Of a stretch of 64,000 bases of DNA, positions 1-9,184 are shown piece by piece. This DNA comes from Mycobacteriales bacterium (lineage in GTDB: Bacteria; Actinomycetota; Actinomycetes; Mycobacteriales; Mycobacteriaceae). The translations under genes were made by a program, and so were the position numbers. The DNA lies in assembly GCA_038256175.1 (NCBI GenBank), contig JBBSKP010000001.1:15657-79656 (forward strand), written 5' to 3'. The stretch's first letter is position 1. Each line of letters starts with the position of its first letter. The notes below the pieces were generated by a model. That model made no database searches, was not told where the DNA came from, and saw only the letters and a program-made list of their open reading frames with translations.

Positions 1-558
1 TGCGGCGAACCCGGCCATCGCCAACGCGGGTCGCAACCGTTCCGGCCACGTGTGCGCACCGTCTTCGAGGTCCCCGCGCAACATCTCCCGCAGGACGACA
101 TCCTGTTCGGCACCGGTGAGCAGTCGAGGAGCAGCGTTGCCGTGCGCCGCCGCCTGCGATCGGAGGACGGCAAACGCGTAGGAGTGCACCGTGCGTACGA
201 GGGGCTCACGCGTCGCGCTCGACCCCACACCGTCGGTGCGCGCGAGCAGGCCAACCGCTACCGCATCCCTGATCTCGGCAGCGGCACGACGTGAATGGGT
301 CAAGACCAGAACCGATTCCGGGTCGCTGCCCGCGCCGATCCGGTCGACGGCAAGGTCGACGAGCAGTGACGTCTTGCCCGATCCCGGACCACCGAGCACC
401 TGCCAGGGATTCCAGCCGAAATCGACACCTCGGTCGTCGAGCAGGCGCCGTTCGTCGGCCCCCCACAGCCGCGGGGGAACGGCGACCGGTCCGCGATGAA
501 CCAGCCGCACCGACTCCCGGTTCGCCTGCTCCGCACTCACCCGCACTGCTCGTGACAT
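1..558 (-). CDS. UvrD/PcrA-family ATP-dependent DNA helicase (AdnA/Rv3202c-like), 5' part only; continues past the left edge
   Basis: Absent from the ORF track because no stop lies in the window. My translation of the reverse strand from ATG 558..556 gives MSRAVRVSAEQANRESVRLVHRGP...WNPWQVLGGPGSGKTSLLVDLAV...VLVLTHSRRAA, a Walker-A GxxGSGKT at the usual N-terminal position. It is divergent from a LipV-like hydrolase, as in the mycobacterial arrangement. Confidence 0.6.
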   Translation of the reverse strand, partial: MSRAVRVSAEQANRESVRLVHRGPVAVPPRLWGADERRLLDDRGVDFGWNPWQVLGGPGSGKTSLLVDLAVDRIGAGSDPESVLVLTHSRRAAAEIRDAVAVGLLARTDGVGSSATREPLVRTVHSYAFAVLRSQAAAHGNAAPRLLTGAEQDVVLREMLRGDLEDGAHTWPERLRPALAMAGFAA

Positions 559-1399
559 GTCGCAAATTGCAGCACGGGGGTCCGACAAGACGGATACAGC
601 GACCGCAGGCAGACTGAGCGGTGTGACAGATCTGAACGTCTATCGCTATGGCCGAGTCGACGGCCCCGTCGTCCTCGCGTTGCACGGCCTCACCGGGCAC
701 GGCAAGCGTTGGGAATCGTTTGCCAACGAACATCTCGTGCAGGCCCGCGTCCTCGCCCCGGACCTCATCGGCCATGGCAGATCACCGTGGACACCGCCCT
801 GGAGTTTCGAAGCACACATCGACAGCCTGGTGACGCTGCTGAAAGCAGAAACGTCAGGACCGGTAGTGGTTGTGGGTCATTCATTCGGCGGCGCAATCGG
901 ACTGCACCTTGCGCAACGCCACCCCGACCTCGTCCGCGCACTCGTATTGCTGGATCCCGCGATCGCGCTCAATCCTCGAGAACTACTCGACGTGGCCGCC
1001 GCGACTGTCGAGCATCCGGACTACACCGACGCAGCGGAAGCACGATCCGAGAAGGTGCACGGCGCGTGGGCGGATGTTCCGCAGACCCTGCTGGACTCCG
1101 AGCTTGCCGAACACCTGGTGCCGACGGCGAACGGTCGGGTCGGCTGGCGATTGAGCATCCCGGCAGTCACCGCGTCGTGGGGTGAAATGGCGCGGGATTT
1201 CGTGCTGCCGCCCGTGCAGCTACGGACCGTGCTGGTCCAGGCCATGCGCGTGCAGCCGCCGTACGTCACACCCGCGTTCCGAACGGCATTGAACGCGCAC
1301 CTCGGCGACAACCTCACAGTGCACGAATTCCACTGTGAACACATGGTTCCGCTGGCACTTCCTGCCGAGACGGCCGCCCTGGTTCGCGCCCTGCTGTAG
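557..1399 (+). CDS. alpha/beta-fold hydrolase (LipV-like)
   Basis: 280-aa ORF with VLALHGLTGHG and nucleophile elbow VVGHSFGG. ATG 557 overlaps the divergent helicase ATG (ACATGT), so GTG 623 (VTDLNVYRYG...) is an alternative start. Confidence 0.8.
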   Translation: MSQIAARGSDKTDTATAGRLSGVTDLNVYRYGRVDGPVVLALHGLTGHGKRWESFANEHLVQARVLAPDLIGHGRSPWTPPWSFEAHIDSLVTLLKAETSGPVVVVGHSFGGAIGLHLAQRHPDLVRALVLLDPAIALNPRELLDVAAATVEHPDYTDAAEARSEKVHGAWADVPQTLLDSELAEHLVPTANGRVGWRLSIPAVTASWGEMARDFVLPPVQLRTVLVQAMRVQPPYVTPAFRTALNAHLGDNLTVHEFHCEHMVPLALPAETAALVRALL

Positions 1400-1696
1400 A
1401 TGGCTACCACCGAAGCAGAGGTCGAGCGCGTCCGTGAACTGGTCGCGTCGATTCCCGCGGGTCGCATCGCGACCTACGGTGATATCGCCTCGGCCGCAGG
1501 GCTTTCCAGCCCGCGTACCGTCGGCTGGATCATGCGTACCGACTCAGCCGACCTGCCGTGGCACCGCGTGATCGGCGCGAGCGGACGGCCGGCGGCGCAC
1601 CTCGCACAACGGCAGCTGCAACGGCTGGCAGACGAGGGTGTCCCCATCCGCGACGGTCGGGTAGACCTGCGGTCGGCCCGCTTTCCATTGGAGTGA
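1400..1696 (+). CDS. alkyltransferase-like (ATL) protein of the MGMT/Ogt DNA-binding-domain family; Trp replaces the acceptor Cys
   Basis: 98-aa ORF whose ATG directly follows the upstream TAG. It carries YGDIASAAG...PRTVGWIM and LPWHRVIGASG (PWHRV instead of PCHRV). Confidence 0.75.
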   Translation: MATTEAEVERVRELVASIPAGRIATYGDIASAAGLSSPRTVGWIMRTDSADLPWHRVIGASGRPAAHLAQRQLQRLADEGVPIRDGRVDLRSARFPLE

Positions 1697-1741
1697 GTGG
1701 TCCCCTCACCGTAGTGAACGGTTACAGGGGTCCACTCGCTC
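1691..1741 (+). terminator. long imperfect hairpin at the end of the hydrolase-ATL pair (no U-tract)
   Basis: gagtgagtggtcccct (1691..1706) pairs with aggggtccactcgctc (1726..1741), 14/16 complementary. The loop holds an inner accgt/acggt stem, and the ATL TGA lies in the left arm. Confidence 0.35.
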
Positions 1742-1768
1742 CGCAGAGCGATATGACAGCATTGGGGC

Positions 1769-3514
1769 ATGCGCGCCGATGCGATCATCCTGGCGGGCGG
1801 GAAAGCGAGCCGGATGGGCGGCATCGACAAACCCGCGATCCAGATCGGTGGACGGACGATGCTCGACGCCGCCCTCAGTGCCGTCGTGGGCTGCCAACGG
1901 ACCGTTGTGGTCGGCCCACACCGCGCGGACCTCGGTCCGGAAATCGCACAGACACAAGAGGATCCAGGCGGGTCCGGTCCTGTGGCCGCCATCGGTGCCG
2001 GCCTGCGCACACTTGACGTCACGGCACCGTTCGTCGTAGTTCTGGCTGCCGATATGCCATTCCTCACCGCGACCGCGGTAACCGAATTGATCACGCGCAT
2101 AACGGCGTCCGAAGCAGATGCGGCCTTCGCAGTCGACGAGGCGGGACGAGCCCAGTACTTGGTCGGCGTCTGGCGCACGCATTTCCTCGTCGAACGACTC
2201 GGATCGCTCGGCTGGCTCGCCAACCTTCCGATGAAAGCGTTGATACCGCCGAACATCGAGACTGCGCGAATCGACGGAGTTTCCGACTGCGATACCGACG
2301 AGGACGTACGCCGAGCCGTCGCATCGCTCGCACCATCGCGCGCAGTGAGTCTCGATGAAGCGCGAAATACCCTGCGTACAAGCCTTTCCCCACTGCCCGT
2401 TCGACGCGCAACACTGTTCGATTCCATCGGTGGCACGCTCGCGACGCCGCTGCTGGCGGCCGCGGCGCTCCCGCGGTTCGATATCTCGGCGATGGACGGA
2501 TACGCCGTCGCGGGCGCGGGGCCGTGGCGAACGCGAAGCGAGATCGGCTACGCCGGCGGAGTCCGGCCAGCCCTGCTGCGCGACGGCGAGGCGGTCCGAA
2601 TCGCGACCGGCGCACACCTTCCCGACGGTGCGACAGCGGTTCTGCGAGACGAATTCGCGGATATCTCGACGATCGATGGCGGTGGGCAGCAACTTCTGCG
2701 ACGCGATGGCACACCTGTTCGCGACGACGTGCGGCGCCTCGGCGAGGACTGGCAATCCGGACACACACTCGCGCAACCCGGTTCGACCATCACGCCGGCG
2801 TTGGTCTCCACGGCAGCGAGCGCAGAGGTCACCGAGGCCGACGTCCGCGGCCCGGTCCGGGCGCACGTCGTGGTCACAGGCGACGAGATCCGTCGCGACG
2901 GCCCGCTGCGCGAGGGCCAGACCCGGGACTCACTGGGACCTGTCCTTCCACACTTCCTGTCCTGGTGTGGAATTCAAGTCGTCAGCGACGCGCATCTGCG
3001 CGACACTCCTAACGGCTTCGACGATCTTTTCGCTGCCGCCATCGATACCGATCTCATCCTCATCGTCGGGGCGACAGGGGGCGGAGCCGCGGACCAACTC
3101 CGTGCTGCCCTGCGCCGCGCCGGCGCTCGCCTTCTGGTCGAGCGCGTTCGCTGCCGCCCAGGTGGTTCACAAGTGACCGCAGAACTCAGCGACGGGCGCG
3201 TGGTCCTCGGCCTACCGGGCAATCCGTACGCGGCCCTTGTGACACTGCTCACGATGGCACCCGCGGTTGTCGACGGACTGACCACCCGAGTACCCCGACC
3301 ACCTATTCGCGTACCGCTTGCAAATGTCGACAAAATATCCGGTGATGTAACCCGAATTGTCCCGGCATATCGACTCACCGACGGACAGTGGATCGGCGTT
3401 TCGGAATTTCGAACAGCGCACCTCGCTGGATTGATCGATCATGACGGACTTGCCATCGTGGAGCCACACTCGACGACGGCGGACAGCGTCGAGTTGATCG
3501 CATTCCCGGGCTGA
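1769..3514 (+). CDS. fusion protein: MobA-like molybdenum-cofactor guanylyltransferase (N-terminal ~190 aa) plus MoeA molybdopterin molybdotransferase (C-terminal ~390 aa)
   Basis: 581-aa ORF. The N-terminus AIILAGGKASRMGGIDKP...VLAADMPF is an NTP-transferase/MobA signature. After a ~20-aa linker come the MoeA hallmarks FDISAMDGYAV, RIATGAHLPDGA, VVVTGDE and GLPGNPYAALV. Confidence 0.8.
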   Translation: MRADAIILAGGKASRMGGIDKPAIQIGGRTMLDAALSAVVGCQRTVVVGPHRADLGPEIAQTQEDPGGSGPVAAIGAGLRTLDVTAPFVVVLAADMPFLTATAVTELITRITASEADAAFAVDEAGRAQYLVGVWRTHFLVERLGSLGWLANLPMKALIPPNIETARIDGVSDCDTDEDVRRAVASLAPSRAVSLDEARNTLRTSLSPLPVRRATLFDSIGGTLATPLLAAAALPRFDISAMDGYAVAGAGPWRTRSEIGYAGGVRPALLRDGEAVRIATGAHLPDGATAVLRDEFADISTIDGGGQQLLRRDGTPVRDDVRRLGEDWQSGHTLAQPGSTITPALVSTAASAEVTEADVRGPVRAHVVVTGDEIRRDGPLREGQTRDSLGPVLPHFLSWCGIQVVSDAHLRDTPNGFDDLFAAAIDTDLILIVGATGGGAADQLRAALRRAGARLLVERVRCRPGGSQVTAELSDGRVVLGLPGNPYAALVTLLTMAPAVVDGLTTRVPRPPIRVPLANVDKISGDVTRIVPAYRLTDGQWIGVSEFRTAHLAGLIDHDGLAIVEPHSTTADSVELIAFPG

Positions 3515-3543
3515 CACGACCGCGGTTCACGCATCGCTCGAGT

Positions 3544-3560
3544 GTTTACAGTTTGTAAAC
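3544..3560. promoter_or_regulatory. AT-rich 7-3-7 palindrome GTTTACA-gtt-TGTAAAC in the moeA-narG intergenic region (candidate operator)
   Basis: Perfect inverted repeat read directly from the sequence. It stands out against the GC-rich background and lies ~295 bp upstream of the narG start. Confidence 0.25.
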
Positions 3561-3854
3561 TGCGCGATAAATCCACGATTCGAACTCATCACCGAGCCCC
3601 TTTCTCGGCGCGCGAATCGGCAAGTCAAGAACGACATCAGCCAAGTTCTTCCAGTTCACTGGGCATTTGCCGGAAGAGCAAGCACCAGCCGACATGAACG
3701 ACGTGTTACAGCAATCGCACACCCCATTCGGGCGCACAGTGCGATCCCCGCGCACGGTTTGGAACCCCCTCACGCCCGCACTTAGAGTCGGTCGACCAGC
3801 CCATGGTGAAGCCACTCGGCACGCTCCGCGTGCACGTGTTTTGACGTTCGAAAG

Positions 3855-6800
3855 GTGCCATCCGTGTCGGATACCTCCGTAAACGGTACAGGCGCAAAAA
3901 GCGCCATAAATAACTCCGATATCGGCGATTCTTTGTTGCGCCTCGGAAAGTATTTCAATCGCGGCGAGGCGTCCGCGGACAATCGAACGCTGCACCAAAT
4001 CGGCGGCCGTTCCGCCGACGACTTCTACCGCGACCGGTGGGCACACGACAAGGTAGTTCGGTCAACGCACGGAGTGAACTGCACCGGTTCGTGCTCGTGG
4101 AAGATCTACGTCAAGGACGGCGTGATCACCTGGGAGTCGCAGCAGACCGACTACCCCTCGGTCGGCGCGGACAAGCCCGAGTACGAGCCACGCGGGTGCC
4201 CGCGTGGCGCGTCGTTCTCCTGGTACACATATTCACCCGCGCGCATCCGGTACCCCTACATCCGCGGAACCCTGCTCGAGATGTACCGCGAGGCACGCGA
4301 CCGTCTCAAGGATCCGGTGCTGGCATGGGCCGACATCGTTGACGATCCAGAGAAGTCCAAGCGCTACAAGTCCGCTCGTGGTAAGGGCGGCTTCGTTCGC
4401 GCGGAGTGGTGGGAAGCGGCCGAAATGGCTGCCGCCGCAAACGTACACACGATCAAGAAGTACGGCCCGGACCGCGTTGCCGGCTTCTCCCCGATTCCCG
4501 CGATGTCGATGGTCAGCCACGCTGTGGGCGCTCGATTCATCTCGTTGATCGGCGGCTCGATGCTGTCGTTCTACGACTGGTACGCGGACCTGCCCGTGGC
4601 CTCTCCGCAGGTATTCGGCGACCAGACCGATGTACCCGAATCCGCGGACTGGTTCGATGCCGGCTACCTCATCATGTGGGGCTCCAACGTTCCCGTAACC
4701 CGCACTCCCGACGCGCATTACATGACCGAGGCCCGCTACCGCGGCCAGAAGGTCGTCGTCGTCTCACCTGACTACGCCGACAACACGAAGTTCGCGGACG
4801 AGTGGTTGCCTGCCCGCCCGGGTACCGATGCGGCACTGGCCATGGCGATGGGCCACGTCATTCTCAACGAGTTCTTCATCAAGAAGGACACACCGCAATT
4901 CACCTCGTACGTAAAGAAGTTCACCGATCTGCCGTTCCTGGTGACGCTGACCGAGCACGGCGACACGTTCCTGCCCGGCAAGTTCCTCACCGCCTCCGAT
5001 CTGGGCGAAACCGAAGAAGGCTCCGATTCCAAGACCGTCCTGCTCGACTCCGACGGCAATCCCGTCGTACCGGGTGGCTCACTCGGCACCCGCTTCACCA
5101 AGGCGGGTGAAGGAAACTGGAATCTCGATCTGCAGGGTGTCGATCCTCTTCTGACACTTGGCGATTCCGACCCCGTCGAGATCAGCTTGCCGCGGTTCGA
5201 CACCGACACGGCGAGCGTCCTCACCCGTGGCGTTCCGACGAGAATCGTTGCAGGTAAGCGAGTTACGACGGTGTTCGACCTGCTACTCGCCCAATACGCG
5301 GTCAAGCGCGACGGGCTGCCGGGCGAATGGCCGACCGGATACGACGACGCGTCGCAGCCGTACACGCCCGCATGGCAAGAAACGATCACCGGCGTGTCGG
5401 CGAAGAAGGCCGAAAAGATCGCGAAGGAATTCGCCGACAACGCCGAGCGCTCCGGCGGCCGGTCCATGATCCTCATGGGCGCCGGCACGAACCACTGGTT
5501 CCATTCCGACCAGATCTACCGGTCGTTCCTGACCCTGACCATCCTCACCGGGTGCCAGGGCGTCAACGGCGGCGGTTGGGCGCACTACGTCGGCCAGGAG
5601 AAATGCCGCCCCGTAACCGGCTGGGCGACATTGGCTTTCGGTGCCGACTGGCAGCGACCCGCACGCCAGATGCAGGGCACGATCTACTGGTACCTGGCGA
5701 CCGATCAATGGCGCTACGACCCCTTCACGTCCGAAGTGATGGCATCGCCACTTGCCGAGGGCAAGTTCGCAGGTCGCACCGCGGCCGACAACATCGCGCT
5801 CGCCAGCCGTCTGGGTTGGATGCCGAGCTATCCGACCTTCAATCGCAATCCACTCGACCTGGTGGACGAAGCGGAACGCCTCGGCAAGGATGCGCCGACC
5901 CACGTCGTCGATGGCCTCAAAACAGGCCACCTGCGCTTTGCCTGCGAGGATCCCGATGCGCCGGAAAACTTCCCACGAGTACTCACCGTGTGGCGGGCAA
6001 ACCTGCTCGGTTCATCGGCGAAGGGTAACGAGTACTTCCTGCGTCACCTGCTCGGCACCGACTCCAACGTGGCAGCGTCCGACGCCAACGGCATCAGGCC
6101 ACAGGACGTCACCTGGCGTGAGGAAGCACCGGTAGGCAAGCTCGATCTGCTGCTGTCACTGGACTTCCGCATGACAAGCACAACGCTGTTCTCCGACATC
6201 GTCCTTCCCGCTGCGACGTGGTACGAGAAGCACGATCTTTCCAGCACCGACATGCACCCGTTCGTGCACGCCTTCTCCCCCGCAATTTCCCCGCCGTGGG
6301 AGACGAAGACCGACTTCGATGCGTTCCACCGCATCGCACGCGGCTTCTCGTGGCTTGCCGAAAAGCACCTCGGCAAGCGCAAGGACATCGTTGCGGTCCC
6401 GCTCCTCCACGACACCAACGATGCGACGGCCCAGCCGGGCGGACGTGTGCTCGACTGGAAAGCCGGTGAATGCGAGCCGATTCCAGGCAAGACCATGCCG
6501 CGCCTCATCGTCGTTGAGCGCGACTATGCGGCCGTCGCGGAAAAGATGGCGGCGCTCGGACCGATGGTCGAACAGGTGGGCTTGACCACGAAAGGTGTGA
6601 CGACACACCCGGATCAAGAGGTCGAGTACCTGCGCGGCGTCAACGGAACGGTCACGACCGGTATCGGCGCCGGGCGACCGTCGCTTGCCAAGGACACCTA
6701 TGCCGCGGAGACGATCCTCGCGCTGTCCGGTACCACCAACGGGCGGCTTGCGGTCGAGGGTTTCGAGGCGCTCGAGCGACGGACCGGAACGAAACTCGCC

Positions 6801-7565
6801 GATCTCGCCGCCGAACACGAAGGCAAGCGAATCACCTTCGCGGACACTCAGGCCCGGCCGGTTCCGGTAATCACGTCACCAGAATGGTCCGGCTCCGAAA
6901 CCGGCGGGCGGCGCTATTCGCCGTTCACCATCAACACCGAACGACTCAAGCCGTGGCACACCTTGACCGGACGGCAGCACTTCTATCTGGATCACGACTG
7001 GATGTGCGAGCTCGGCGAACAGCTGCCCATCTTCCGACCACCGTTGGACATGACCGCGTTGTTCAACGAACCAGCAGTCGGCGCGACGGACGGCGTCAAG
7101 GGCCACGACTCGATCACTGTGCGCTACCTGACGCCCCACTCGAAGTGGTCGATTCACTCTGCGTACCAAGACAACCTGCACATGCTGACGCTGTCCCGCG
7201 GTGGACAGGCGATCTGGATGTCCGATGTGGACGCGGCCAAGATCGGCGTCAAGGATAACGACTGGATCGAGGCAACCAACCGCAACGGCGTTGTCAACGC
7301 CCGCGCGATTGTGAGTCACCGGATGCCTGAGGGCACGGTATTCATGTACCACGCCCAGGACCGCGCGATCGACGTTCCGCGAACCGAGAAAACCGGCAAG
7401 CGCGGCGGTATCCACAATGCGTTGACCCGCTTGATGATCAAACCCTCGCATTTGATCGGCGGCTACGCGCAGCAATCGTTCGCCATGAACTACCACGGTC
7501 CCACTGGAAACCAGCGCGACGAAGTCACCACGATTCGCAGGCGCTCACAGGAGGTTGAGTACTGA
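3855..7565 (+). CDS. narG: respiratory nitrate reductase alpha subunit
   Basis: 1236-aa ORF with the N-terminal FS0 motif HGVNCTGSCSWKIYVKDG, molybdopterin oxidoreductase length, and narH immediately downstream. GTG 3864 is an alternative start with better spacing to GAAAGG. Confidence 0.95.
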   Translation: MPSVSDTSVNGTGAKSAINNSDIGDSLLRLGKYFNRGEASADNRTLHQIGGRSADDFYRDRWAHDKVVRSTHGVNCTGSCSWKIYVKDGVITWESQQTDYPSVGADKPEYEPRGCPRGASFSWYTYSPARIRYPYIRGTLLEMYREARDRLKDPVLAWADIVDDPEKSKRYKSARGKGGFVRAEWWEAAEMAAAANVHTIKKYGPDRVAGFSPIPAMSMVSHAVGARFISLIGGSMLSFYDWYADLPVASPQVFGDQTDVPESADWFDAGYLIMWGSNVPVTRTPDAHYMTEARYRGQKVVVVSPDYADNTKFADEWLPARPGTDAALAMAMGHVILNEFFIKKDTPQFTSYVKKFTDLPFLVTLTEHGDTFLPGKFLTASDLGETEEGSDSKTVLLDSDGNPVVPGGSLGTRFTKAGEGNWNLDLQGVDPLLTLGDSDPVEISLPRFDTDTASVLTRGVPTRIVAGKRVTTVFDLLLAQYAVKRDGLPGEWPTGYDDASQPYTPAWQETITGVSAKKAEKIAKEFADNAERSGGRSMILMGAGTNHWFHSDQIYRSFLTLTILTGCQGVNGGGWAHYVGQEKCRPVTGWATLAFGADWQRPARQMQGTIYWYLATDQWRYDPFTSEVMASPLAEGKFAGRTAADNIALASRLGWMPSYPTFNRNPLDLVDEAERLGKDAPTHVVDGLKTGHLRFACEDPDAPENFPRVLTVWRANLLGSSAKGNEYFLRHLLGTDSNVAASDANGIRPQDVTWREEAPVGKLDLLLSLDFRMTSTTLFSDIVLPAATWYEKHDLSSTDMHPFVHAFSPAISPPWETKTDFDAFHRIARGFSWLAEKHLGKRKDIVAVPLLHDTNDATAQPGGRVLDWKAGECEPIPGKTMPRLIVVERDYAAVAEKMAALGPMVEQVGLTTKGVTTHPDQEVEYLRGVNGTVTTGIGAGRPSLAKDTYAAETILALSGTTNGRLAVEGFEALERRTGTKLADLAAEHEGKRITFADTQARPVPVITSPEWSGSETGGRRYSPFTINTERLKPWHTLTGRQHFYLDHDWMCELGEQLPIFRPPLDMTALFNEPAVGATDGVKGHDSITVRYLTPHSKWSIHSAYQDNLHMLTLSRGGQAIWMSDVDAAKIGVKDNDWIEATNRNGVVNARAIVSHRMPEGTVFMYHAQDRAIDVPRTEKTGKRGGIHNALTRLMIKPSHLIGGYAQQSFAMNYHGPTGNQRDEVTTIRRRSQEVEY

Positions 7566-9184
7566 TGCGCATTATGGCCCAGATGGCGATGGTGATGAAC
7601 CTCGACAAGTGCATCGGCTGCCACACCTGCAGTGTCACCTGCAAACAGGCGTGGACCAACCGCAGCGGCGTCGAGTACGTATGGTTCAACAACGTGGAAA
7701 CCCGCCCCGGACAGGGCTATCCACGTCAGTACCAGGACCAAGAGCGTTGGAAGGGTGGTTGGACCCTGACCAAGCGTGGAAAGCTCACGCTGCGAACGGG
7801 TTCCCGGTTGCGACGGTTGCTCAACATCTTCGCGAACCCCGACATGCCGACGGTGTCGGACTACTACGACCCGTGGACCTACGACTACCAGAATCTGTTG
7901 TCCGCGCCCGCGTCGGACACCACGCCCGTTGCTCGGCCGAAGTCGCTGATCACCGGCGACGACACCAAGGTCACCTGGGGCGCGAACTGGGACGACGATC
8001 TGGGTGGCGGCCCGGAACAGATCAGCAAGGACCCCTTGCTCGCAAGGCTTTCCGAGAAGATCAAACTCGAGTTCGAGCAGACCTTCATGTTCTACCTGCC
8101 ACGTATCTGCGAGCACTGCCTGAACCCGTCTTGCGCTGCGTCGTGCCCATCCGGCGCGATCTACAAGCGCAGCGAAGACGGCATCGTCCTTGTGGACCAA
8201 GACAAATGCCGAGGCTGGCGCCAATGTGTCACCGGCTGCCCGTACAAGAAGATCTACTTCAACCACAAGACCGGCAAGGCCGAGAAGTGCACGTTCTGCT
8301 ACCCGCGCGTCGAGGTCGGCATCCCGACCGTGTGCTCGGAGACGTGCGTCGGGCGGCTGCGCTACATCGGCGTGATGCTCTACGACGCTGACAAGGTCCT
8401 CGAGGCGGCATCGGTCGAGAACGACAAAGACCTCTACCCGTCGCAGCTCGGTGTGTTCCTGAACCCCCACGATCCGCGAGTGATCGCAGAGGCCGAGCGC
8501 GCCGGTATTCGCACAGAATGGATTGAGGCTGCGCAGAACTCGCCGATCTACAAACTGATCGTCGACTACCAGGTCGCTCTGCCGCTGCATCCGGAGTATC
8601 GGACGATGCCGATGGTCTGGTACGTGCCACCGCTGTCGCCGATGGTTGACGCGCTCTCCGAGACCGGGCACGACGGCGAGGACGCGGGGAACATGTTCGG
8701 CGCGATCGATGCCCTACGGATCCCGGTGGAGTACCTCGCTGAATTGTTCACTGCCGGTGAGGTCGGCCCCGTCCGCGCATCGCTGCAGCGACTCGCCGCG
8801 ATGCGCTCGCACATGCGTTCCGTGAACTTGGGTGAAACACCGGATCCCGACATTGCCAAGTCGGTGCGCCTGACAAAGGCCGAGATCGAAGCGATGTATC
8901 GCCTGCTCGCGATCGCGAAATACGAAGACCGCTACGTCATCCCGAACGGCGCGGGCAATGATGCGCACAAGCTCGACGCCCTGGCAACCGGATGCAGCCT
9001 GGACGGCGACGGTGGCCCAGGCATGAGCGCATTCGATGCGATGGACGAGAAATTTCACCTTACGCAGCAGCCGGAGGACACCAACGGTGCCGCACCCGAG
9101 GCCAAGTCGAACCGGGTGAACTTGCTCAACTGGGACGGCAAGTCCACCAACGGGCTGCTTCCGGTCAAGGAGCCCGTCCTGTGA
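7565..9184 (+). CDS. narH: respiratory nitrate reductase beta subunit (4 Fe-S clusters)
   Basis: 539-aa ORF whose ATG overlaps the narG TGA (TGATG). Cys clusters CIGCHTCSVTC, CEHCLNPSCAASCPSG and CRGWRQCVTGCP. Confidence 0.95.
   Translation: MRIMAQMAMVMNLDKCIGCHTCSVTCKQAWTNRSGVEYVWFNNVETRPGQGYPRQYQDQERWKGGWTLTKRGKLTLRTGSRLRRLLNIFANPDMPTVSDYYDPWTYDYQNLLSAPASDTTPVARPKSLITGDDTKVTWGANWDDDLGGGPEQISKDPLLARLSEKIKLEFEQTFMFYLPRICEHCLNPSCAASCPSGAIYKRSEDGIVLVDQDKCRGWRQCVTGCPYKKIYFNHKTGKAEKCTFCYPRVEVGIPTVCSETCVGRLRYIGVMLYDADKVLEAASVENDKDLYPSQLGVFLNPHDPRVIAEAERAGIRTEWIEAAQNSPIYKLIVDYQVALPLHPEYRTMPMVWYVPPLSPMVDALSETGHDGEDAGNMFGAIDALRIPVEYLAELFTAGEVGPVRASLQRLAAMRSHMRSVNLGETPDPDIAKSVRLTKAEIEAMYRLLAIAKYEDRYVIPNGAGNDAHKLDALATGCSLDGDGGPGMSAFDAMDEKFHLTQQPEDTNGAAPEAKSNRVNLLNWDGKSTNGLLPVKEPVL

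Noticed and set aside
3667-3882. 71-aa + strand ORF in the narG leader
   Set aside because: It overlaps the narG start out of frame, is Arg/Pro-rich with no RBS, and is probably spurious.
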